From a virus (Duplodnaviria; Caudoviricetes), in IMG/VR virus record IMGVR_UViG_3300025759_000088, positions 1,073 to 65,072 of that record: a stretch of 64,000 nucleotides of DNA. One strand, 5' to 3'. A program made the position numbers and the translations under genes. The notes beneath the pieces are model-generated. The model was not told the DNA's origin. It was given only the letters and a program-made list of their open reading frames with translations, and did not search any database. How positions within the stretch are numbered: the first letter of the stretch is position 1; every line of letters begins with the position of its first letter. Of the stretch, positions 36,868-47,871 are shown in pieces.

Positions 36868-39800
36868 TATCCAGTTCCCATTAAGCCCATGATCCCATCG
36901 CCGGGAAAGGCTGCGGCCATACGACGGCGTGTGTCAGGTTGAGGAGGTGCCTGCGCCAACGAGACTGGTGAGGCAGATGTTGTCTGCGGCGCAGGCATAG
37001 GCACCGCGGGAGGAGCGGGTGCCATGCTTAGATCAAAGCCAAAGGGTTGATCTGGAGTAGACGGAATAGAAGGGTCACGTGCTTTAATTGGCTCTCGAAA
37101 ACGACGATCTTCAAAATAGGTTTCTACATCTTCTGGAATATCGTCTTCTGCAAGCGTAAGACCAGCGTTAATTAAAAAGCCTCGCATTCTGGCAATCGCT
37201 TTTTTCGCTGCTTCTGGTGTGTCTGCTTTCTGCAGAAGAGCCACCATGGTTGGGGCGTCGTATACTGCTTTTTCTAGCAACGCTATTTGAAATTTTGCGG
37301 GGACTCTTTCAAATAGTTTTCCTGCTAATTTGGCACCAAGCCCCGCTTCCACCAAACCTTGTGGGCGAACAAGTGGAACCATTTCACCCGCTCTGCCTGC
37401 AGCACCCGCACCAAGCCAGCGAACCATAGCAGACAAAATATCGTCTGTTTCTTTAACAAGCTTCCCAGCGTTTTTGCCGCCAGCTTCTGCTACCTGAATG
37501 TTTCTTCCGGCGTCGATTATATATTCAAGGCGATCTAACTCAGCTTGAGTAAAAATACCTTGATCCTTCAAAATATCTGCAAGTGATGTAAATCTTCCGG
37601 GCTTTCCCGCTCCCGCGGGTCTTTTAAACGCGGACTTTGGTGGGGCTGCTTCAAGAGGGCCGAAAATGTATTCTTTCATTTGAGCGAAGTTAGGGCTTGC
37701 GGAAGTGCCGCCATTTCTCACCCACATTGCTTTAATTATTGCGGATTTGAAGCCGTTTGTTACATCAGAGCCCGTAATACCTTCTCCAAGTGAGGCTAAA
37801 AGCTCTTTGTCGCTCGCTGCGCTAGAAACGAGCTTCACAAGATTCTCTAATTCTGTGTATGGTTTTTTGCCCTCTATGGCTTCCGCAATCGCGATAGACG
37901 GGCTGTCATAATTTATGACATTTGCAATTGCGTCTGTTTCTTGTAACCGCTTATCAAGCGCAGCTTTACCGGCCTCTGTTTCAGCAAGTTTTGCTGCAAC
38001 AGTTAACTGATCACCTGTGGTAATCATGTCGCGCACTTGTGGGAACATCTCAAAAAGACGCTGGTTAGCTCCATCTTCAAGAAAATCTTTTGCTTTAGTC
38101 GGATCAACCTTCAAGTCACCGTTTTCATCACGCCTTAAAATCTTACGTGCGGCGTAACGAAAAACCTGTTCTAAAGAACTTTCGATGTCTTGAATGGGCA
38201 CGGGGGCAAGATCAATTACCTCTGGCTCGCCGCCGATTGTTTGACCGGTAGTTCTAGGTTGATCCGAAATTCCGCCACGAGGCACAACTACATCTTCTGG
38301 AACGTCCAACTCTTCAATTAAATTTTTCACCGTAGAAGCGGCGTCCAACATTTCTGCAATACGCAAAGCTGTAGGCCCAGATCCACCTTGCAAAACCTCT
38401 TCAATCAAAAGGTCCGGGTGAATCATCCTACCGCGGTTGGGTAATTTAAGTTCTGTTGCCCCCGCAAACGTGCGAACAATGGATTGATTCCGTGCGAGAG
38501 AAAAAGCTTTTGCGCGTTCATAGGCTGCGCTACCGCCCGCGGCGGCAATGTTATTGTCCATATCGCTGCCAACAGCGTCAGCAAGTTCTCCAAGCGCAGC
38601 AGCTAAAGCCTTATTAGGGTTGTCCCCACCATATGCATTTGCCGCTTCATTAAGAAGAAAAGACCGAAACTTTTTTAAGTCATTAAAGACAAGTTCAGGT
38701 TCTTGTACGTCTTGCAAAGCTGTTTTTTCAACGCTTGCGTAAGAAGCTTCTTCTTGAACAAGATTACTTTTAGCTTTGTTGATACGCTCAAAACGTTTAA
38801 ATCTGCTGTCGGGCAAGTTACGGCGACGTCTGTCCGCCATAATTTCTAAAATTATGTCGTCTGGGGTCTGACCTTTACCAAGATCACTGACATCTACATC
38901 AGGAGCATATATCCGCAAAGCCTCTGTATTAGGTCTTAAACCTCCGGCACTACCCTCATCTTTAATGAAAAACCTATTAACAAAAGCATCATACTCTGCA
39001 ACATCTCCGCGTGGGATATCTTGCAAGGCTTTCTTTGCGCGAGTAAGCGACGTCGGTTCACTTACCTCAACTATTTGAAGCCCCAAGGCCCGCTCAAACG
39101 AACGTAGTTCATTCTCCACCGCGGGCGGCAAAGTCCCGCTGCGTAGAACATAAGACTCTCTGATGTTATCAATAGCACCTTGAATGTAGCGTATATCGTC
39201 TATTGCAATGGTGCCGTCAACTTCATCATATAAGGCAGTTTCTTGTGCTTTAGCATTTGCATTCAACTGTCTTAAATTCTTATATAGGTTCCTAGAAATT
39301 ACTTCCGGTCTTGCATTTTCAGATATGTTTAAAGTATCCGCCGCGGCAACTGCTTTTGCATTTGCTAACAGAAACTGTTGCTCTAACAACGAAGCATCTG
39401 TCGCTATTCGTATTTCTGTCGCTAACTTAAAATCTGAAGGGTCACCACTAGCCTCAAGTGCCTCAATTAATCGTATTGCAAAATCGTACCCCTCTTTGTT
39501 TCTTTCTTGCAGAGCCTTATCCAAGAGAGAGAAAGCGTTGGTTTGCGTTGCGACTTTTTCCGTGTCTTGTTGCAGTCGAGCTAAAAACGGAGAGCCCGAA
39601 ATTTGAGCCGGGGTTAACTCTGGGACTAAGCTCTCATCACCAAGCAACTCTTTCGCCAAAGCACTAAGCTGTTCGGGATTTTTTTCTAAAGACTGTAGAA
39701 TGCTCTCTACAGATTCTCCGGGCGCTCGTGCTTGAATTAATCTAGCTATTCTATTTGCTACGCGACCTTCTTGAGCTTCTCTTCCGGTAACTTTCTGAGC

Positions 39801-40748
39801 GCCACTTATTATTTTAGGCATAAATTTTATTAGTAGACTTGTGGGTGTCAACGCTGACGCTACACCCCCAGCGATCTGAAATCCGGCGCTAGTGGATGCG
39901 TCACCGGGATCATAGGCTTCTGCAATACCTGCTCCACTAGTAGCCGCAAGAGTTGCTGCTGTTTCCCCTGCAAAAAAACCCGCACGAGTGCTTTTTCCCA
40001 ATTCTCCTCTAGCCGCCGCCCCAGCTTTTTCTAGACCTGTTTCAAGAGCCCTAGATGTTCTATACGGAGCGCGAGCTATTGACGCCAAGGGGCCTGATTT
40101 TTTCAAAAGATTTTGAGAAATAAAATACCCGGAAAAAGTATTGTATGCTTTTCGTGGCAAAAGGTAAGGAGATGCGGCAACAACAAGAGCATCATATCCC
40201 GCTACCTTACCCATCTCTGCAAAAACGTTGTTTTCAGGAAACAACGGTCTGCCTTCAAAGATGCCTAAAGATTGCCCGGTTTCTACGGCTTTTTGTGCAG
40301 GAATGTCTCCTAACAGCATTCCACCTACAAAACCAACCCCCGCCGCCGCAGGCTTTACTTGCGGGGGAAGAGGCAATTTGCTGGCGGTTTTAGCCCCGGC
40401 TATGCCAGTTCCTATTTGAAAAGCGGCTTCGGTAGCACCTTGTAAAGCAAACTGCGTAAACCGCGTTATTGGGGCGGCTTTCGGCGCAACATTTGAATAA
40501 CGATATAGAAATTGATCGTGGCTATAATTGCCCGCAGCTATCCCTTCATTAAAATTAGACACTGCCTGATTTATGCGTGTATTTAATTCACTTGGGTCCG
40601 TTATTCCCGCGTTTGTGGCGTCGTCATATGTTTTGAAACGAACCAAAGCTTCGTTGATGTCTGGCGTAGAAAGGCCATTCTGCCTCAAAGCATCAAAGTT
40701 CAAATCATAAAGTTGATCTGCTTTGGTTACACCTTCAAATGTTTCCAT
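36867..40748 (-). CDS. Large internal virion (ejection) protein
   Basis: 1293 aa, helical, Gly/Ala hydrophobic segments; position after the tail genes. Confidence 0.65.
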   Translation of the reverse strand: METFEGVTKADQLYDLNFDALRQNGLSTPDINEALVRFKTYDDATNAGITDPSELNTRINQAVSNFNEGIAAGNYSHDQFLYRYSNVAPKAAPITRFTQFALQGATEAAFQIGTGIAGAKTASKLPLPPQVKPAAAGVGFVGGMLLGDIPAQKAVETGQSLGIFEGRPLFPENNVFAEMGKVAGYDALVVAASPYLLPRKAYNTFSGYFISQNLLKKSGPLASIARAPYRTSRALETGLEKAGAAARGELGKSTRAGFFAGETAATLAATSGAGIAEAYDPGDASTSAGFQIAGGVASALTPTSLLIKFMPKIISGAQKVTGREAQEGRVANRIARLIQARAPGESVESILQSLEKNPEQLSALAKELLGDESLVPELTPAQISGSPFLARLQQDTEKVATQTNAFSLLDKALQERNKEGYDFAIRLIEALEASGDPSDFKLATEIRIATDASLLEQQFLLANAKAVAAADTLNISENARPEVISRNLYKNLRQLNANAKAQETALYDEVDGTIAIDDIRYIQGAIDNIRESYVLRSGTLPPAVENELRSFERALGLQIVEVSEPTSLTRAKKALQDIPRGDVAEYDAFVNRFFIKDEGSAGGLRPNTEALRIYAPDVDVSDLGKGQTPDDIILEIMADRRRRNLPDSRFKRFERINKAKSNLVQEEASYASVEKTALQDVQEPELVFNDLKKFRSFLLNEAANAYGGDNPNKALAAALGELADAVGSDMDNNIAAAGGSAAYERAKAFSLARNQSIVRTFAGATELKLPNRGRMIHPDLLIEEVLQGGSGPTALRIAEMLDAASTVKNLIEELDVPEDVVVPRGGISDQPRTTGQTIGGEPEVIDLAPVPIQDIESSLEQVFRYAARKILRRDENGDLKVDPTKAKDFLEDGANQRLFEMFPQVRDMITTGDQLTVAAKLAETEAGKAALDKRLQETDAIANVINYDSPSIAIAEAIEGKKPYTELENLVKLVSSAASDKELLASLGEGITGSDVTNGFKSAIIKAMWVRNGGTSASPNFAQMKEYIFGPLEAAPPKSAFKRPAGAGKPGRFTSLADILKDQGIFTQAELDRLEYIIDAGRNIQVAEAGGKNAGKLVKETDDILSAMVRWLGAGAAGRAGEMVPLVRPQGLVEAGLGAKLAGKLFERVPAKFQIALLEKAVYDAPTMVALLQKADTPEAAKKAIARMRGFLINAGLTLAEDDIPEDVETYFEDRRFREPIKARDPSIPSTPDQPFGFDLSMAPAPPAVPMPAPQTTSASPVSLAQAPPQPDTRRRMAAAFPGDGIMGLMGTG

Positions 40749-40759
40749 AACTGTATCCC

Positions 40760-43708
40760 TTAATCAACTTTAACCGGATCAAAAACACTATCCATTGAAT
40801 TGTCCGTATTGCTTATTGTCGAACCGGGATCGCCCGCGGCGTTAAAGTTTCCAGCAAGCATGTTACTCAACCGAATGTATTGTTCTTCCAAGTTTTCTAG
40901 TTCATACAACGATGAAAGTAAACGCGCCCTTTCTTTTTCGTTTCGGGTGGTCGCGGGCAAATTATCTCTTTCTGTCATAACGTCAACCTTCATATTATAG
41001 AGAAAGGTAGCGACTTTCTTTGCATCTGCCGCTCTTTGCTGATTTGCCTCTGTTATCCCCGTAATGTTTGGTAAAGTCTTTTGAAATTCATCTACTAGAG
41101 AACCCTTGGTTTGTGCGGGCAAAGCGTTGCGATAAATAATCAAGGCATAAGTGTTTACTGCCTCTACATCTTTTACAGCTTGTCTAGATTCAGGAAAAGC
41201 CGCAGTGGCTCTACCCAAAAACAAGTTTTGTAATGGTACGAAAACCCCGTCTATACCTCTCTTAATTTTCCCTGAAACACCAAGATTAGATTCACTCAAG
41301 TTTAAGTCGCTACTAATCATGTCTGCAAATGTTGGTGTTGCAGATTCCGTCGGCTTTGCCAACAACCCGAAATCATTGATGGCCGTTTTAACCCCAGCGG
41401 CTCTAGCCTCTTCAAGTGTTAAGCCCTGATTTAATTCAGTTAAAGTGTCCATCACAAAACTTGGAATCGACGGCGGCAAAGAAACTTGCCCACCTTCCAC
41501 TGTCGTAGAAATGTTTGCAGTGCCCGACCTATCAATGAGCGCGGCAAGATTATTTTCAAAACTACGGCGCAGTGTTTCAAACTCAGCATCTGGTAAACCC
41601 TCAGTCATTATTTGAGGGACAATGCTTTCCAAGTTTGTTCGTGCTTGAGATTCTGTCAGTTTTGGTGCTTTGTCCGTGCCTTGATCCACTGCTTCAAACA
41701 GGCTCATGTTGTTGTTAACGAAGTCCGCCGGAACTGGCTTAACTTGACCCCTTGCTCCTACAACACCATCTTTATTTACAGACTGCAAAAATCTGACATT
41801 TATCATGTTTGGCTTTACCGGATCTGGTTTTTTGCCAAAGGCATTCGGGTTTTGTTCATTAATGGCATCTACCGCGGCAGGAGTAAGGGGTCTACTTTCT
41901 CCAGCCTCTACAGTAATCGTGTTGCCTGTAGGTAATTGATACGTACCAGCTTCTAAGAACGTCATATTGTTTGTTTTCTTAGCATCTTTGTCGTCGGCTC
42001 TTTGTGCCGCGACATCTTCGGATGTACGAAACTTGCTTCTATTTTTATCGTAAAAGGCTTGTGGTACTTTTGCGATCATTTGCCCAGCAGGCAGTGTTTC
42101 ACCGTTAAGAACAATGTCTTCAATCGGCGTTAAATTACTTACATATTTTTCGTCTTTTTTGGCAGGTGGCGCAGTAGTGGTATAGCTACCTTCTGGGAAC
42201 CCCGCAATCGTGCTTAATTTGAAATCAGCCGGAGTCCCCGCCGGGAATACTGTGTCCGCCCCGTTTACCTTAACGGTGGTTGCCTGACTGAAGTAAACAG
42301 TGTCGGTAGCGTTCGGATCGTCTATAGAATATTTACTACGATCATTATCGTATTCACTAAACGGTAATTTTATTTTGTTACCGGTTTCTAAATCAAAAAC
42401 GTCCATAAGCGTGTCCGGGCCCGGTTTTGTGTATCGGGTAGTATTTTGACGAGCTTTTGCATCTGGTATGCTCACAACAACTTTTTTGACGCTATCAAAA
42501 TATTCGCCAAACTTTATGTCAGGTTGAGTGAAACCATAACCTTCAGGCACCTCATCTCCGGGCTGAATAGTCATTGACCGGAATCCACGTGGAGCATCAA
42601 GATCCACAATAAATATATCTTTACCGAACTTCGGTTCAGACGGCACCGGACCCAAATTATTTTTCTGGTCTTCCGGCAGGGCATCTACTTCTTTGTCTGT
42701 ATAAAGTCTTAGGCCATCTATTGATTTATCAAAATAAAACGTCGGCTTTCCTACTTCTTGGCCCGGTGGTCGGCTACTTTCTGTAAAGCCTTGCCCCGCT
42801 GCAGTTTGAGCCTGTTCCAAAGTGGTTACATAAGTTGACTCGTAGCCACCATCAGTCACTTTATAAAGAGAGGTGGGCGTGAAAACCGGAGCTTTTGGAA
42901 CGCCTTTTCTAACAAGAGTGGGCCCGCGATAAAGATCCTTTGTTGGATCGCGTTCCGTTAATTTATTTTGTTCGGCAAACTGAGTTGACGCCATGTTCAG
43001 TGCAGCCTGACGCTGTGCGTCCCGTGTCTTGCGCTTCGCTGCGTCCACGCTTGCGCCAGCTTTGCCAAGCTCTGGCAAGCCGCGCATCAAAGCTTCCTCA
43101 ATAGGCATGCCTTGAGCAATCGCCAAACCAAGTGGTGCCGCGGTGCCCAACAAGAACTGACCCGTCGCCCGCTTGCGAAGCTCGTCAGTGTCGTCGCCGT
43201 AAATCTCTTGAATCATAGGCAGGTTTTGCTTGTAAAGCTCTGCCAAGCTTGCCTGACCGCCAGACTGCATACGCACAGGCTGCATGATGCCTTGCGCCAT
43301 CTTGCCTTCTACCGGCGTGTCCATGGCCTTTTGTGCCACCTGACCAATGCCCTGATCAACCTGACCCATCTCACGCATTTCCATAACAGGCTGTACCAAA
43401 GTCAGCACAGACTCCGGCGTCTTCTTGGCATCCTTCATGCCTACAATGCCGCCAAGCTCTTCACGACGCTGCTCTACGGACTTATCATCCCCCCGGAATG
43501 CATTCATGGCCCCACGATAATCTTCAGCCGCTTTTACGCCCGCCGTCATGTCCTTCATAACACCGGCAATGCCCTCTTGGATCATAGGGCCAGCAACACT
43601 TTGTGACATGTTCGCCATAGAAGAAACCGCCTGAGTGGCGGCTTTTGGCGAATTACCACGAGCCGTGGGCCGTGATCCGCGGAACATGTTTCTATCGTAA
43701 ACAGCCAT
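40760..43708 (-). CDS. Internal virion (ejection) protein
   Basis: 982 aa; TPESVLTLVQP and MQSGG motifs. Confidence 0.6.
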   Translation of the reverse strand: MAVYDRNMFRGSRPTARGNSPKAATQAVSSMANMSQSVAGPMIQEGIAGVMKDMTAGVKAAEDYRGAMNAFRGDDKSVEQRREELGGIVGMKDAKKTPESVLTLVQPVMEMREMGQVDQGIGQVAQKAMDTPVEGKMAQGIMQPVRMQSGGQASLAELYKQNLPMIQEIYGDDTDELRKRATGQFLLGTAAPLGLAIAQGMPIEEALMRGLPELGKAGASVDAAKRKTRDAQRQAALNMASTQFAEQNKLTERDPTKDLYRGPTLVRKGVPKAPVFTPTSLYKVTDGGYESTYVTTLEQAQTAAGQGFTESSRPPGQEVGKPTFYFDKSIDGLRLYTDKEVDALPEDQKNNLGPVPSEPKFGKDIFIVDLDAPRGFRSMTIQPGDEVPEGYGFTQPDIKFGEYFDSVKKVVVSIPDAKARQNTTRYTKPGPDTLMDVFDLETGNKIKLPFSEYDNDRSKYSIDDPNATDTVYFSQATTVKVNGADTVFPAGTPADFKLSTIAGFPEGSYTTTAPPAKKDEKYVSNLTPIEDIVLNGETLPAGQMIAKVPQAFYDKNRSKFRTSEDVAAQRADDKDAKKTNNMTFLEAGTYQLPTGNTITVEAGESRPLTPAAVDAINEQNPNAFGKKPDPVKPNMINVRFLQSVNKDGVVGARGQVKPVPADFVNNNMSLFEAVDQGTDKAPKLTESQARTNLESIVPQIMTEGLPDAEFETLRRSFENNLAALIDRSGTANISTTVEGGQVSLPPSIPSFVMDTLTELNQGLTLEEARAAGVKTAINDFGLLAKPTESATPTFADMISSDLNLSESNLGVSGKIKRGIDGVFVPLQNLFLGRATAAFPESRQAVKDVEAVNTYALIIYRNALPAQTKGSLVDEFQKTLPNITGITEANQQRAADAKKVATFLYNMKVDVMTERDNLPATTRNEKERARLLSSLYELENLEEQYIRLSNMLAGNFNAAGDPGSTISNTDNSMDSVFDPVKVD

Positions 43709-43719
43709 GCTAATCAGTC

Positions 43720-44628
43720 CTATCCAAACAGGCTTTGTATGCCCGCCGCGCCAGACAATGCCGCGGTTCCGTAACCAAACAGTTTCTCAAACGGTGATGC
43801 CGTGTTGCCGCCCGCGGCTCCTGTGACGGTGGTCATCTGCGTAGAAGGAGCGCCCTGATATATATCAGATACAAAACCTAATCTCTTATATGGCTCGTAC
43901 AGATTTTCCAGATTGCCCGCACGTAACGCATCAATCTCTGCCTGACCCTGCGCCTGTTCCCGTGCCCCGACATCAAAGCCAAATCCAACACCCTGCTGCT
44001 CAAGACCTTGCTGAAGTTGTGCCAGCCCGGCTCCTTGTCCTGCAAACCCTGCGCCTTGCCCGGCAAGGCTGGCAATACCACCGGCGGCAGAGCCAAGACG
44101 ATTTGCAGCATCTGTAAAAGCGGCACTGCGAAGCTGAGAGCCAATGCGCCCAGCTTCTCTGATGGCGTCCCGATCAATCATACCTTGCTGGATTTCACCG
44201 CGAGAACCAAATGCCGCGTCACCCGCGGCAGCAATGCCTTCTGCAGTTGCCCGGTTGCCCTGCATTTGAGCTTGTTCAAAGATATCTTGCTGCGCTTGGT
44301 CGATGACCTCGTTGACATACGGATCCATAGCACCGCGAATACCGGCACCGCCGTCGCGTCCAAGAGACTGCAGAATCAAATTCTGTGCATCAGTAAGCTG
44401 TTGACCCGCACCAGTTAAACCCAACCGGGCCGCGTCAATGTCGGCGGTAGGGTCATACATGCCCCCCGCACGTCGAAGTGCAGCTTTTTGAAGTTCTGTA
44501 AGCCCCTCTACGTCATAGCCGGGTATGTCAATTGGAGTGTCGGCAAGTGTTTTTGCCGATTCCATGAGCCCTAGTTTAAGAGCTTCTACTTCAGGAGCTT
44601 CGCGGACTATTTGAGTTTGAGTAGCCAT
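43720..44628 (-). CDS. Internal virion/DNA pilot-like protein
   Basis: Gln/Ala/Gly-rich; MDPYVNEVI and AFGSRG motifs. Confidence 0.6.
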   Translation of the reverse strand: MATQTQIVREAPEVEALKLGLMESAKTLADTPIDIPGYDVEGLTELQKAALRRAGGMYDPTADIDAARLGLTGAGQQLTDAQNLILQSLGRDGGAGIRGAMDPYVNEVIDQAQQDIFEQAQMQGNRATAEGIAAAGDAAFGSRGEIQQGMIDRDAIREAGRIGSQLRSAAFTDAANRLGSAAGGIASLAGQGAGFAGQGAGLAQLQQGLEQQGVGFGFDVGAREQAQGQAEIDALRAGNLENLYEPYKRLGFVSDIYQGAPSTQMTTVTGAAGGNTASPFEKLFGYGTAALSGAAGIQSLFG

Positions 44629-45719
44629 TATGCTGTCGCCTTGTTTTCTAGGTCACGCATTACATCATACATTCGATCAATGCCTTTCTTGACACTGCCG
44701 CCGCCTGCACCTTTAACTGCGTCACGTGTCATCACAAACTCTCCATCCATAAGAAGCGCGGGAACATCATCCTTTGTTCCAGAACCTATTCCGGGGCCAA
44801 TGCCGCCGGTACGGCGTGGGTAAGCTTCACCACCGGCCTTGTATTTTGCAGCAAGAGAGGGGTCAATTTTCTCCTGAACAGCTTCGGGCAGCTTTGAAAA
44901 GCCTTTGTAATTGTTTGGTACAGCGCCGCCGTCTTGATACAAATTGATATTGTACCGGTCAGGGTCAGCGTAATACAGGTCGGCCCCTGTCTCCATGTAC
45001 TCTTCTTCTTCTTCTTCGTCGCCAGAGAAAGCTGCGAGGGATGCAAGCCCCAGAGCGGGAACGCCAAAGCGAGAAAACGCTGACGGGGTGTATTCTTCTT
45101 TTAAGAGTGAAAGTGCTTTGTCAGGGCTTATGCCCTGCTCTGTTAAAGAAGCAAACTCGCTTGAGTTCAGTATAGTGTCTGTGGTTGGCCCGCTCTCAAA
45201 AGGGTTTGCAAAGAAACTTCCGGGTTTGTCGCCCAATGAAGGAGCGGGGTTGCCCAATTTGTTTAACAACTCTGTCGAAGAATTAAGATTCATTGTAGCT
45301 TCTGCCGGATTGGCGGCGGGCTGGTTAGCTAATGGATTTCTGCCCAAGAAGCTCTCTCTTAAAGTCCTGTCTCCACCTGCAGCGGAGTCACGAAGAGGAC
45401 GACCAAAAATACCAGTGTCTTGTGTTCCTTGGAAAGAACGTTTCATCCCTTCGGTAAAGCCACCGCCATCCTGCATCAACCCGCCAATACCGCCTTGTAC
45501 CGCACCAAGAGCGCCGCCGATAGCCGCTGACTTAAGAGCATCTTCTGGTTTGCCGCCCTTCAACAATGTGCCGATACCTGCACCAAGAGCTTGCCTGCCC
45601 ACCAAACTCATGCCGGGAGCAAAATAAGATAGGGCTATAGGCAGTAAAACAGGAGCCGCGTCTACGACAGCGTCCTTTACGTCCTCAAAAACATCCCCGA
45701 TTTTGTCAAATAAGCCCAT
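44628..45719 (-). CDS. Internal virion protein
   Basis: Gly-zipper N-terminus; GSGTKDDVPALLMDGEFV motif; YQDGG and YKAGG. Confidence 0.6.
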   Translation of the reverse strand: MGLFDKIGDVFEDVKDAVVDAAPVLLPIALSYFAPGMSLVGRQALGAGIGTLLKGGKPEDALKSAAIGGALGAVQGGIGGLMQDGGGFTEGMKRSFQGTQDTGIFGRPLRDSAAGGDRTLRESFLGRNPLANQPAANPAEATMNLNSSTELLNKLGNPAPSLGDKPGSFFANPFESGPTTDTILNSSEFASLTEQGISPDKALSLLKEEYTPSAFSRFGVPALGLASLAAFSGDEEEEEEYMETGADLYYADPDRYNINLYQDGGAVPNNYKGFSKLPEAVQEKIDPSLAAKYKAGGEAYPRRTGGIGPGIGSGTKDDVPALLMDGEFVMTRDAVKGAGGGSVKKGIDRMYDVMRDLENKATA

Positions 45720-45763
45720 GGGTCAACTCTTATTAGCTACTACAAGTATACGCAAAAACGCGC

Positions 45764-45994
45764 TTATGTCACGATCTTCACTGTACCGCTGTCATTAAAT
45801 AACGCACCAACCTCTAAACCAGTCGCGCTGGTAGGCAATTCAGTAAGCGTGATCCGTGTTCCGCGAAGCTCGCCCGGATTTCTTTCTTGCGCGATAAATA
45901 ACTCTAAAGCCCGCAACAAATCAGCCATGTATTGCGGGCTATACTCAAAAGGAGCTTCCGGTAATCGCGGTGGTGCAATCTGATTTGATGACAT
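45764..45994 (-). CDS. Small tail protein
   Basis: PRLP..P.EY and LPTSATGL.VG.L.ND.GT.KI motifs. Confidence 0.6.
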   Translation of the reverse strand: MSSNQIAPPRLPEAPFEYSPQYMADLLRALELFIAQERNPGELRGTRITLTELPTSATGLEVGALFNDSGTVKIVT

Positions 45995-47871
45995 TATCGT
46001 CTCCCATCAGGCCGCATATCAACACGCGGGCTACCCAGTTTCCACTTAGCACCTAGTGCCTCTGATTCGATACGCATTGCAAAAGATCTGCCTCGCGCCC
46101 GCAAATATAACTGCTCTGTAAACTTTTCTACCGGAGATTCAGATGTTCGTATAGCCGCAGATGCCGCCGTATTATCAAAACTAGCGCCGGGGAAGTTTCT
46201 GGCTTTGACAGTAAACGTGGCTTGCGGGCTACTCAAGTTTGTTGACCCGGTAAATGTCAGGTCAGGTATCACCTTGTTTATGTAAACAAAACGGTCCCCG
46301 TCTTCGATATCAATTGCAGCGGACTCAATGAAAGAGTTCATCGCTGAACCATCGTCATCATATCCTAACTCATGGTTATACAAATAAGAGGATTCCGCAG
46401 CGATTGGATACTGCCGCACCCCACGGTCAAGCCAAGCACTTCTAGACATAGTGCCAAAGTACCAGACTTTTTCACCGTAATTATACACAACATACCGGTC
46501 ATTATCATTGCTTGCCGCCGATGGGTAGAACCAAAATACCTCAGAAAACTCAGAGTTGACGCCCGCTACAACTTTAGCTGTCTGACTAAAGTTAAAGTCT
46601 AGGAACACTTTGTTCTTTACGGTGCATGGCAACTGTTGCGTCTGACCGGCATAAACGTAGAAATTGTCGATACCCATCCAGAAGACAACGTCTTCAGTAG
46701 CTACCGCTGCATTTGGACCCATGATCGTAATGTTGGATGCAAGCTGTTGCAGGCCAAAAGTAAACGGCGGGCCGATAAATCGCATAGAATTTAGCGCGGT
46801 ATCTGTCCAGACAAGTATTTCTCGCTTTGTTTCAACAGCCTGTACAAAGGTAGAACCGGCACCAAGACGTATGTCACCGGCGGTGTTTGTGGCTGTAGGA
46901 TACCAATCTATCGGGTCTTCTTGGGACGAAAAGCGGATCAACAATGGGTCTTGTGTGCCGTTTCCTTGCGCTGCGGTATTGCTTGAGTTCAGCCCGTCAC
47001 AACCAAAGGCAATCACATGACGGTCTTGATCAGATACCAAGATCTGTTTTGCAATCGTAGGCACACTTCGTTTTGTTCCAGAAATAGTGGACAGTTCAAT
47101 CGCTCGTGTGGAGAGGTTGTTTGTTCTGTCCCAGTAAAAAATATTACTGTCTCTGGCGTTAATCAGTAGGTCTTCGCCAAAGTTATCGTGCGACCAAAGC
47201 CTGATTTCAGTTGTCGTTGTCAAACCGTTAGGCTCCGCAGAACCCCACGCGCCTCGACCCCACGTCCCTGCACCCCAACCGGTGCCGCCGACGACAGAAT
47301 CAAGACCCACATTTATCTGATACGCTGCAACGGTGTTGCTGCCGCCGTTACCAGAATCTGATCCACTTGCAGTGGCACTTGCCGTAATTTTATAGGTGTT
47401 CGCATCTACGATTTGCGTGATCTGATGTTCAACATTAAGAACCGCAGCGGTGATGTTGCCCCCCAGAGATGCTGCGCTTGAAAAAGTAACAAAGTCATTC
47501 TCGACTGCGCCATGAGAGCTATCAGTTACAGTGATGACGGCGCTGCCGTTGGTCGCAGCAAACGTCGCGTCACCTGCCCCTGTAGTAGAGCGAATAGGGG
47601 TGATGTCTGAAAACGCCTGACCTTCTTCAATGTAATATTTAAGGTGAGTGCCAACGCCCAAGTAATTAGAACCGTCAAGCGCGATCCAGTTGTGCAGCGC
47701 ACGAGCAGAGCCAAGATATGTAGAAGAACTATATTTTTCCCACCCGCCTATCTTTTCAGGATAGCCAAAGCGAAACCTGATCTTATCACAATCACGCCAA
47801 CCACCTTCGTTGGAGTACGAGGTGATCTCTTGGTTTACACCGGGCTTAAATTGTAACTTTCTAAGCGGCAT
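45994..47871 (-). CDS. Tail nozzle/stabilisation protein (P22 gp10-like)
   Basis: 625-aa beta-rich protein with DPLLIRFSSQE; includes a fibre-like insert. Confidence 0.65.
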   Translation of the reverse strand: MPLRKLQFKPGVNQEITSYSNEGGWRDCDKIRFRFGYPEKIGGWEKYSSSTYLGSARALHNWIALDGSNYLGVGTHLKYYIEEGQAFSDITPIRSTTGAGDATFAATNGSAVITVTDSSHGAVENDFVTFSSAASLGGNITAAVLNVEHQITQIVDANTYKITASATASGSDSGNGGSNTVAAYQINVGLDSVVGGTGWGAGTWGRGAWGSAEPNGLTTTTEIRLWSHDNFGEDLLINARDSNIFYWDRTNNLSTRAIELSTISGTKRSVPTIAKQILVSDQDRHVIAFGCDGLNSSNTAAQGNGTQDPLLIRFSSQEDPIDWYPTATNTAGDIRLGAGSTFVQAVETKREILVWTDTALNSMRFIGPPFTFGLQQLASNITIMGPNAAVATEDVVFWMGIDNFYVYAGQTQQLPCTVKNKVFLDFNFSQTAKVVAGVNSEFSEVFWFYPSAASNDNDRYVVYNYGEKVWYFGTMSRSAWLDRGVRQYPIAAESSYLYNHELGYDDDGSAMNSFIESAAIDIEDGDRFVYINKVIPDLTFTGSTNLSSPQATFTVKARNFPGASFDNTAASAAIRTSESPVEKFTEQLYLRARGRSFAMRIESEALGAKWKLGSPRVDMRPDGRR